DNA of 59,135 nucleotides, counting the filler. It is 4 parts of 4 records of this genome, joined end to end, with 100 filler letters (N's around TTAATTAATTAA, not from the genome) between each part and the next. Parts side by side here need not be neighbours in the genome. Positions count along the whole stretch, not along the records: positions 1 to 29,731 come from SRR22947725_1277; 3 more parts are not named here. One strand, 5' to 3'. Positions 9,445-17,619 of the stretch are shown here, in pieces. The first letter of the stretch is position 1. Each line of letters begins with the position of its first letter. The translations under genes and the position numbers were made by a program. The notes under the pieces are model-generated. The model ran no database searches. It had not been told where the DNA came from and worked only from the letters and a program-made list of their open reading frames with translations.

Positions 9445-11244
9445 ATGTCTGAAAGCCGTTACATCATTGGCATTGACCTGGGAACGACCAATTCAACTGT
9501 CGCTTACGTTGATACTCAGGACGAAAGCCCTATCAGCCGGAGTTTCAATATTCCGCAAATTATCGCACCTGGTGAAATCAGCGAAGAAGCATCCCTTCCC
9601 TCATTTTTATTTTTACCCGAAGTTAATACCCTTGGACCTGGAAGTCTAAATTTATCCTGGGACAGTGAAAATGCCGACTCCACTTGTGGACAGTACGCCA
9701 AGAAACTCAGTTCTACTCAACCTGGTCGCGTCGTTTCTTCGGCCAAATCTTGGCTTTGCTCTGAAAATGTCGACCGCATGGCTGCCATACTTCCATCCGG
9801 TTCTCAAGATGAGCGCAAAATTTCGCCCGTTGAAGCCTGTGCATCCTACCTCAAGCATATTGCTGCTGCCTGGAATTTTAAAATGGCTGCCGATAACGAC
9901 GAATATAACATCTCTCAGCAACAGACAATCCTGACTGTTCCTGCTTCTTTCGATGCTGCAGCTCGTGAGCTCACCGTTCTCGCTGCAGAAGAAGCCGGTC
10001 TCAACATTACTCTTCTTGAAGAACCACAAGCGGCCTTTTATAACTGGCTGCACGAGCATGAAGACTCCTGGCGCGAGAAAGTCGAAGCTGGATCCTCAAT
10101 ACTAGTCTGCGATGTGGGTGGCGGTACTACTGACTTCTCTTTAATTGGCGTTGATGAAGAAGATGGCGACCTTACTCTAAAGCGTATCGCTGTCGGTAAT
10201 CACATCCTTCTTGGGGGTGACAATATGGATATCACTCTTGCGTATGCGGTTCAACAGAAGCTAAAAACCAGGCTTAACCCGAAGCAAATGGCCGGGCTTA
10301 TTCACTCATGTCGTCAGGCAAAAGAGAAATTGTGTAGCGACGCTTCACTCGAATCCGAGAAAATCACGATTTTGGGTTCTGGCTCAAGTCTGATTGGGGG
10401 AACTCTCAGTAGTGAACTTTCACGACAAGAAATAAATACCTTACTACTAGAGGGCTTCACACCGACCTGTGATTTTGGTACTGAAACGAATAAAGATGTT
10501 CGTGCTGGTCTGAGAACTTTTGGACTGAGCTATGCTACTGACACAGCCCTCACTCGACACTTATCTGAATTCCTCACCACTCACGCCCCAAAAAATGACG
10601 ATGGCAGCAGTAAATTGCCTTCTGCAATTCTCTTTAACGGTGGTGTTTCTAAAGCTGATCTTCTCCGCGATAGAATATGTAACGTTCTCAATAGCTGGTC
10701 GACTCATGACGCCGAAGTGATTACGGGTATAGATCCAGATCTCGCCGTCGCTCGTGGCGCCGCTTGGTATGGTCACGTCAGACGAGGCAACTCAATACGA
10801 ATCAAGTCAGGATCGGCTCATTCATATTACATCGGTATTGAAAGTTCAATGCCAGCCGTCCCCGGATTCCCACCACCGATGGATGCTCTTTGCGTCATTC
10901 CTTTTGGGACCGAAGATGGCAGTAGTTTTGAAGTCCCTATGGAAAACCTCGGCCTTATAGTGGGGGAATCCTGCCAATTTAGATTCTTTAGTTCCAATGA
11001 ACGTCAAGAAGATAATCTTGGAGTTCTCATTGATGAATTTTCTCTCGACAAGTTAAATGAGATGGCGCCGATGACCGCCATGCTTACCGATGAAAGTGGC
11101 CAAAGTGGAAATATTGCTTCTGTAAAACTCGAAGCTGAATTGACCGAAATAGGCACTCTCAAACTCTGGTTTCATGAAATCGACAGCGATCGACGCTGGC
11201 GTCTTGAGTTTAACCTTGGCGAAAATACCGAGGAAAACGAATGA
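9445..11244 (+). CDS. Atypical Hsp70-family ATPase (short partner)
   Basis: GIDLGTTNS, SSAKSWL, TVPASF, EEPQAAFY, DVGGGTTDFS, LLGGDNMD, LFNGG, DLAVARGAA; no DnaK DVLLLD linker or lid. Confidence 0.93.
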   Translation: MSESRYIIGIDLGTTNSTVAYVDTQDESPISRSFNIPQIIAPGEISEEASLPSFLFLPEVNTLGPGSLNLSWDSENADSTCGQYAKKLSSTQPGRVVSSAKSWLCSENVDRMAAILPSGSQDERKISPVEACASYLKHIAAAWNFKMAADNDEYNISQQQTILTVPASFDAAARELTVLAAEEAGLNITLLEEPQAAFYNWLHEHEDSWREKVEAGSSILVCDVGGGTTDFSLIGVDEEDGDLTLKRIAVGNHILLGGDNMDITLAYAVQQKLKTRLNPKQMAGLIHSCRQAKEKLCSDASLESEKITILGSGSSLIGGTLSSELSRQEINTLLLEGFTPTCDFGTETNKDVRAGLRTFGLSYATDTALTRHLSEFLTTHAPKNDDGSSKLPSAILFNGGVSKADLLRDRICNVLNSWSTHDAEVITGIDPDLAVARGAAWYGHVRRGNSIRIKSGSAHSYYIGIESSMPAVPGFPPPMDALCVIPFGTEDGSSFEVPMENLGLIVGESCQFRFFSSNERQEDNLGVLIDEFSLDKLNEMAPMTAMLTDESGQSGNIASVKLEAELTEIGTLKLWFHEIDSDRRWRLEFNLGENTEENE

Positions 11245-13982
11245 CCGTCGGCTTCCGCGACTCCAGATACATAATCGGCATTGATTTAGGCACTACAAAT
11301 AGCGTTATTTCCTACGTGGACCGCTATGCCGAAAATAAAAGTATTGAAACTTTCCCTGTTCTACAGCTCATAGCCTCATCAGAGTTAGACACAAATACTT
11401 CACTGCCCTCTTTTTGCTATTTGCCTTTAGCCCATGAACTTGAGAATAAATCTTTAGAACTTCCTTGGAAGAATAAAGAGAAAAATTCCATTGGTATTTA
11501 TGCCAGAAACCATGGTTCCGGTATACCTGAAAGGTTTATTAGTTCTGCTAAGTCATGGCTTTCCCATAAAGGCGTTGACCGTACTGCCGGCATTCTTCCT
11601 TGGGGTTCAGAAATCGACTCTCATGAGAAACTTTCCCCAGTTGCAGTCAGTCGCCTAATTCTCGACCATATCCGTCAGGCTTGGAATCACCAATTCGCCA
11701 AGAAAAAAGATAAAGATGGCACGGCCTGCACACTTGAAGAATCACAAGTCATTGTCACTGTCCCCGCGTCCTTTGATGAAACAGCGCGAGAATTAACAGT
11801 AAAAGCCGCCAAAGAAGCTGGCTATGCTCACCTTATTCTTCTTGAAGAACCACTAGCTGCCTTTTATGCCTGGCTCGATAAAACTGACAACTGGCAAGAA
11901 AAAATCAACGCCGGTGAAAAAATACTTATTATCGATATCGGTGGAGGGACAACTGACTTCTCTCTCGTTGAATTTACTGAAGAAGAAAATTTGCGCCGAA
12001 CGGCAGTCGGCAATCACCTTCTTTTAGGTGGTGACAATATCGATATGACTTTAGCGCGCGTTATCGAAACCCAAATTAAAAAGAAGCTCAACACCCGCGA
12101 AAGAAGTATCCTTAATCAGCGCTGCCGCATGGCCAAAGAAGAACTCCTTGCGCCTCAAGGGAAAAGTGAAGTGACCGTCGCTGTAACAACCAGTGGTAGT
12201 TCACTCGTCGGTAATACGCTGACTGGTAAGCTTACCAAAGAAGATGTTCTAAAAGTTATCATGGACGGCTTCTATCCGATGATAGATACCAATGCCTCTC
12301 TACCAGAAAAAAAGGCTGGTATACGTGACCTTGGGCTTCCCTACGAAAAGGACCCTTCTGTTTCTGCCCACCTTCTGAGCTTCTTATGTAAAGCCAGTGA
12401 CGGCACAGCCCCTGTTATTCCGGACAAAGTTCTCTTCAACGGCGGCAGTATGATTCCTGAGGTCTTACGCCAAAGGATCATTGACATCCTCAACTCATGG
12501 TCTGACAAAGAATGTACTGAGCTTCCTTCTTGGGACCTCGATCGCGCTGTGAGCACAGGTGCATCCTACTATGGTCTTGTCAAAGCAGGCGAAGGCGTAC
12601 GCGTCCAAGGTGGTATCGCCCGTTCCTATTTCCTCGAAATTGAAACTGAAAACGGTCCACAGCTAGTCTGCGTCATGCCGAGAGACACCGAAGAAGGTGA
12701 ACTGCAGAGTCTTTCTGAAATGAGGTTTCAGGTTCAGGCCAATGAAGCTTTAAAGTTTCCTGTCCATAGCAGCGCCACAAGGCTTCATGATCAACTTGGG
12801 GATATCCTCAATGATCGCGATGAAGTTAGCGAACTACCCCCATTAATCACGGCTTTGCAATTTGGCAAAAATCAACAACTTGTCGAAGTAGAAGTCAGTA
12901 CTCTTTTAAACGAAACCGGCACTTTAGAAGTCCATCTAAACTCTGTAAGTACAGATCATAAGTGGCCCCTAAAGTTCGATATGCGTGCTCTTCATGATCA
13001 GCAAGAGACACATGCTGCAGTCTCAGAGTTAGTTCCCACAAATCAACAGGTCTCCGTAACAGAAAAGCAAATTGATTGTGCAAAAGCTGCAATTAACGAG
13101 GTCTTTAAAGGCACTGAAAAACCAGGACAACTCCTCAAGAAACTAGAAGGTATCTACCAAATAAACCGCAATGAGTGGCCCCTGCAACTCATTCGACAAA
13201 TGGCCGACTTCCTCCTCATGTTTAAGCCTAAAGATTTCAAAAGTGCCCCTTTAGAGGCCCGTTGGATGAATCTTACTGGCTTTTGTCTACGCCCTGGCTT
13301 TGGTGATACTGCTGATGAACTCCGGCAGAAAAAATTATGGACTCTTTGGTTTGGTGGCCCCAAGTTTAAAACTGATGCACAAGTCAATGCCGAATGGTGG
13401 GTTCTTTGGCGACGTATTTCCGGTGGCATCAATAGTGGGCGACAAGAACAAATTGCTCATGCTTTGATGAAAATGCTTATCCCCAATGATTCCTATAAAA
13501 AGAATACTAAATATGGTGCTCAAGAAAAGATGGAGTGCTGGCGTTGTCTGGGAAGCCTCGAACGGATCCCACTCAAACTGAAAAAGCGCATCACTGATAT
13601 TCAGGCTACTCGAGTCTCTAAACTCGATGACTATGAACTCTGGGCAATCGCTCGAATTATGGCAAGGCGCTTATTTTATGGACCAACAGATTTAACTGTT
13701 CATTCCAAAGAGACCTCTTCATTTATTAAACTCCTTATGGCAGCTAATACCAAAAGTTCTTCGCCTATGCTTCTTTTCACGCTCTGCCGACTCGCTGCAA
13801 AAACAGGAGAAAGTGTGGTGGATATAAATGATAAGTTGAAACAAGAGTTAACGACTTACCTTAAGTCAAACGACTGTCCAAGCCATCTACTAAAACACCT
13901 AGAAGAAATTACTGAGGATTCTCGAGAAGAGTCTAAGCAAGTACTTGGAGATTCTTTACCACTCGGTTTAAAACTAAAATAA
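11241..13982 (+). CDS. Atypical Hsp70-family ATPase with helical C-terminal extension (DUF3731-like)
   Basis: Same NBD motifs; C-terminal RWMNLTGFCLRPGFG, EWWVLWRRISGG, GSLER, GDSLPLGL; ATGA overlap with the upstream Hsp70 gene. Confidence 0.93.
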   Translation: MTVGFRDSRYIIGIDLGTTNSVISYVDRYAENKSIETFPVLQLIASSELDTNTSLPSFCYLPLAHELENKSLELPWKNKEKNSIGIYARNHGSGIPERFISSAKSWLSHKGVDRTAGILPWGSEIDSHEKLSPVAVSRLILDHIRQAWNHQFAKKKDKDGTACTLEESQVIVTVPASFDETARELTVKAAKEAGYAHLILLEEPLAAFYAWLDKTDNWQEKINAGEKILIIDIGGGTTDFSLVEFTEEENLRRTAVGNHLLLGGDNIDMTLARVIETQIKKKLNTRERSILNQRCRMAKEELLAPQGKSEVTVAVTTSGSSLVGNTLTGKLTKEDVLKVIMDGFYPMIDTNASLPEKKAGIRDLGLPYEKDPSVSAHLLSFLCKASDGTAPVIPDKVLFNGGSMIPEVLRQRIIDILNSWSDKECTELPSWDLDRAVSTGASYYGLVKAGEGVRVQGGIARSYFLEIETENGPQLVCVMPRDTEEGELQSLSEMRFQVQANEALKFPVHSSATRLHDQLGDILNDRDEVSELPPLITALQFGKNQQLVEVEVSTLLNETGTLEVHLNSVSTDHKWPLKFDMRALHDQQETHAAVSELVPTNQQVSVTEKQIDCAKAAINEVFKGTEKPGQLLKKLEGIYQINRNEWPLQLIRQMADFLLMFKPKDFKSAPLEARWMNLTGFCLRPGFGDTADELRQKKLWTLWFGGPKFKTDAQVNAEWWVLWRRISGGINSGRQEQIAHALMKMLIPNDSYKKNTKYGAQEKMECWRCLGSLERIPLKLKKRITDIQATRVSKLDDYELWAIARIMARRLFYGPTDLTVHSKETSSFIKLLMAANTKSSSPMLLFTLCRLAAKTGESVVDINDKLKQELTTYLKSNDCPSHLLKHLEEITEDSREESKQVLGDSLPLGLKLK

Positions 13983-14122
13983 AATTTACATTTGTTACTG
14001 TTTTTATAAAATATTCTTGTATCTAAAGCGTTATCATGTAAGATTCTGGATTTTTTAGGTGTATCTAAATAAAAAGTTGAATTTTCGAGACAGGTTTTAA
14101 TAAAAACTCCGATATTAATAGT

Positions 14123-15031
14123 ATGAACACACAGACAAACATAGACATTAACCTTGATGACTTTGACTGTCCCGCAGCTCAAACGGCATCTTCTAAGATC
14201 AATAGTAACTATTTCGTTCAAGCAGCGAAAACATGTTTACTCACTATTGCTCTTATGTATGGTCTCATATGCTTAATGTTTATCTGTTTTCAAGATAGCC
14301 TGCTTTACAACCCCTCTTATAAAATTGAACGAGTCCCTGTTCACTCTGGCCACTCCTTTATGAACCTCGTTCTCACTGCATCTGACGATACAAAAATTAA
14401 CGCTTGGTATGTTCCAGCACCTCAAAATCACGGCACTGTACTATTTTGCCGCGGCAATAAAGGCAATCTTAGCAATGATCTCGGCCTCATTGAATCATGG
14501 AATAAAAGTGGCTACAACGTCCTCTCTTTTGATTATCGAGGCTATGGAATCAGCGCAGGAAACCCCTCTGAAGAAGGATTTTACAAAGATGCCAGAGCTG
14601 CTTACAAGTGGCTAAGAAACAAGAATCTTACTACTAAGCGCTTTATCATCCACGGTCACTCAATTGGCGGTGGCGTGGCCTCAAAACTAGCCCTTGAAGT
14701 CGATTGTGATGGCCTCATCTTAGAATCGACCTTTACCAGCCTTAAAGAGCTCGCTCAGCAAAAATTCCCAATGCTACCAACTTCTCTTATTTGCTTTAGT
14801 GACTTTCCTACAATCAATCGCCTTAATTCTATTAAAGCTCCTGTTTACATCATCCACTCTCCCGAGGATAAAAATATCCCTTTTAAAATGGCTCAAGATA
14901 TCTACGAAGCCGCCCCCTTACCTAAAATGTTCTTAACTCTTAGAGGCGCAGAGCAAGACTTTCCTGCACCAACGCCTCAGTACACCCGTTCACTTTCCAG
15001 TTTTGCCAATTCACTGACGACTAGAAAGTAA
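14123..15031 (+). CDS. Membrane-anchored alpha/beta-hydrolase (ABHD17/Bem46-like), apparently lacking the catalytic His
   Basis: FDYRGYGIS.G.PSE.G, GHSIGG, ILESTFTS, IHSPED; GAEQD in place of the usual GAGHND. Confidence 0.85.
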   Translation: MNTQTNIDINLDDFDCPAAQTASSKINSNYFVQAAKTCLLTIALMYGLICLMFICFQDSLLYNPSYKIERVPVHSGHSFMNLVLTASDDTKINAWYVPAPQNHGTVLFCRGNKGNLSNDLGLIESWNKSGYNVLSFDYRGYGISAGNPSEEGFYKDARAAYKWLRNKNLTTKRFIIHGHSIGGGVASKLALEVDCDGLILESTFTSLKELAQQKFPMLPTSLICFSDFPTINRLNSIKAPVYIIHSPEDKNIPFKMAQDIYEAAPLPKMFLTLRGAEQDFPAPTPQYTRSLSSFANSLTTRK

Positions 15032-15108
15032 TTCACTGACAACTTGCCTTCTCCTTACTTTTCGCCTATATATTATAAAGAGTGCCCAAAAGGACATAAG
15101 GATAAATC

Positions 15109-16203
15109 TTGCCAAAAGCTAAAATCGACCTGCCTATTAATGAACTACCAATAATTGAAGTTAGCGGTAGTTATCTTGAAATGGGCCAACAATTTGGCGA
15201 AAGCTGTCGCCCTCTTATCAAAGAACTTTACAACATACGCTTGGCTGCCGCTCTAGAACACGCTGCCGAGAGAGGCCGCAATTTCAATTCAGAACAAGCG
15301 CTTGCCCTCATGACTCCAAGTATCTCCATTCTTAAAAATTTTGACCAAGACATCTACCTTGAAACCCTCGGGATTGCTCAAGGATCGGGCCTCAGAATCG
15401 AAGAGGTTTTTCTTTTACAGGGACTCACTGATTGCCGCGACTACCTTTCTTGGGGAAAAATACCCGACGGCTTTGGTTGCACTTCAATGATTATCAGTCG
15501 CGAAAGATCAAAAAGCGATCAACTTATTCTCGCCCAAAACTGGGACCTTGGCACCAACAACATGCCCTATGTCTCTTTCGTTATTCGCCACCCCCAAAAT
15601 GCTCCATCATCTTATAACCTGACTGTAACCGGCGGACTTTCTTTAGTGGGCATTAACAGTGAAGGCTTGGCTATAGGGACAAATAATATAAAAAGTACGG
15701 ATAGCCAAAGTGGTGTGCACTATCTAAATCTTATCCATAAAGTGATGCAATACTCACGAGTTGAAGACGCCGAAAAAATGATAAAAACGGCCCATCGCAG
15801 TGGAGCCCATTATTACCTTATGGGAGATAAACAAGGCCATTACTCTGGCCTCGAATGCTCGGCTAAGAAAAGTGTAAATCGACCAAACACAAATGGCTTA
15901 ATTACCCACTGTAATCACATCCTCGACCAGTCTTTAGCTAAACTTGAAGCTGAGAACATGGGGGACTCGACTTGTTTTCGCCAACAAAGAGTAAATGAGC
16001 TCACCCAAAAAGGGAGCTTCTCTATACCTGATATAAAGAACATACTTTCTGATCACGAAGGCGGAGATCTTTCTATTTGTCGGCACAGCGATGACGAAGG
16101 TATCAGCACCAATGCATCTATCATTATCGAACCTGAAGCTGGCCTCATTCACGCTTGCCGTAGTCACCCCCATTTAGGCAACTGGCAAACTTTTTCAGTC
16201 TAA
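15109..16203 (+). CDS. C45-family autoproteolytic acyltransferase/peptidase (Ntn hydrolase)
   Basis: G-C-T nucleophile site (GFGCTS), AQNWD, GINSEGLAI, HCNH, SICRH; TTG start with AAGGA SD. Confidence 0.88.
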   Translation: MPKAKIDLPINELPIIEVSGSYLEMGQQFGESCRPLIKELYNIRLAAALEHAAERGRNFNSEQALALMTPSISILKNFDQDIYLETLGIAQGSGLRIEEVFLLQGLTDCRDYLSWGKIPDGFGCTSMIISRERSKSDQLILAQNWDLGTNNMPYVSFVIRHPQNAPSSYNLTVTGGLSLVGINSEGLAIGTNNIKSTDSQSGVHYLNLIHKVMQYSRVEDAEKMIKTAHRSGAHYYLMGDKQGHYSGLECSAKKSVNRPNTNGLITHCNHILDQSLAKLEAENMGDSTCFRQQRVNELTQKGSFSIPDIKNILSDHEGGDLSICRHSDDEGISTNASIIIEPEAGLIHACRSHPHLGNWQTFSV

Positions 16204-16204
16204 G

Positions 16205-16852
16205 CTAAGTTAAGATCATTTGCTTGAGAAAAAGAGCTGCAAGCTTAAAACCTTGCTCGGCTCCTTTCTCCAACTTCTTGCACAAAAACTTTTTAACATA
16301 AGCACTAAGCACCTTTTTAATATCTTTAGGATTCTTTTCATCAATAAAATGAGATGATAATTCTAAAACCCGCTTTTCATCTTTAACTAAACCATGAAGG
16401 ATATCTACGAGTAAGCTCTCAGATACTTTTACCAGTGATTTATTAAAAGAAGAATCTGTAAAGCCATCATTAGCTGCGACCCACTCTTCAAAGAATTGCC
16501 GCAACATGGGATTTCGAATTATAAAAACCAAAGAAGACTGAGCTGAAGACTCAAATTGTCCTCTCTCTACAACATCTATAAACTCCTCTATCGCATCTTT
16601 CTCTGAGTAAGTCTCATAACGCAACTGAGCTTCATAGTGCATATTACGCAAACGAGTTTCACTGATTTTAAATTGACGACTCAATTGGAAAAAATTAAGA
16701 TTATCAACTTTCCCATGATCTCTCAAAAGTAGATGAAAGACCAATATATCGATATCCCTTTTTTGTAATCGACCCATACCATTGCCCAAGAATTCGTCTA
16801 AGAAGGACTCGGCGAATTTACCTGCGTCATTCAATTTTAGTACAGAACCCAT
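16205..16852 (-). CDS. Conserved hypothetical protein with HTH-like segment
   Basis: 215-aa ORF with AAGGAG SD; G.GRLQKRDIDIL.FHLL ... QLSRQFKISETRLRN. Confidence 0.7.
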   Translation of the reverse strand: MGSVLKLNDAGKFAESFLDEFLGNGMGRLQKRDIDILVFHLLLRDHGKVDNLNFFQLSRQFKISETRLRNMHYEAQLRYETYSEKDAIEEFIDVVERGQFESSAQSSLVFIIRNPMLRQFFEEWVAANDGFTDSSFNKSLVKVSESLLVDILHGLVKDEKRVLELSSHFIDEKNPKDIKKVLSAYVKKFLCKKLEKGAEQGFKLAALFLKQMILT

Positions 16853-16983
16853 AATTTCTCCTTTTTTATTTTAATTTACACCCTCACATGGTACAAATTT
16901 TGTCCCTTATTAATTTTTATTACTTTTTTGCGAGAGAAAAGGTGTGAACAAAAGATCTATAACAAATTGACATCGAGACTATT

Positions 16984-17487
16984 ATGAAAAAATCTACGCT
17001 TATACTTCTTATTACAATAACTTTTTTAACTTTACAGAATTTACATTCAATCGAGAAAATATTCCCTAATCTGCGCCAAGACTTCTCAATGAATGTCAAT
17101 AAATACTGTATTAACAGCAATGACACCTTAGCCAAAATTGCTCTTCAAAATAAAGTCTCTGTCTCGTTTCTCTTATACCTCAATGAAAAAATAGAAAACC
17201 CGGATCAGATTTATGCAGGCCAAGTCATCAATGTACCGGGGATTAAAATTATAAAACTTATTGAAAGTCATAGCCGACGCTACCTACCATTGATTGAACA
17301 GCTCGGCCATGATCAGTATAAACACAGAAAAGCTGCCATAGATGAATTAAGCCGTCGTGATTGGCGCGCAATTCCTGTCTTATTAACTGCGCTCAAGCAC
17401 AGAGATGTCGAAATACGCGAGAATGCCAAGGAAGTACTTAGAGAGATTCACCGCGTTACGCACCGACCAACTACCTTAAAACTCTAA
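16984..17487 (+). CDS. Secreted LysM domain protein with C-terminal HEAT-like repeat
   Basis: Signal/TM; YCINSNDTLAKIA...NPDQIYAGQVINVP (LysM); LIEQLG...RKAA..EL / LLTALKHRDVEIRENA (HEAT). Confidence 0.8.
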   Translation: MKKSTLILLITITFLTLQNLHSIEKIFPNLRQDFSMNVNKYCINSNDTLAKIALQNKVSVSFLLYLNEKIENPDQIYAGQVINVPGIKIIKLIESHSRRYLPLIEQLGHDQYKHRKAAIDELSRRDWRAIPVLLTALKHRDVEIRENAKEVLREIHRVTHRPTTLKL

Positions 17488-17619
17488 ATTTTATAAAAAT
17501 CTGTAAGAAAGCCGTCTTTATTCAAAGCCTTAATTTGCATATACTGTTGTGGTCGATAAGTTCTGGCAACTTGTCACATTATTGACCTCAACTGAGTATT
17601 ACTGATTAAAAGGCTACAC

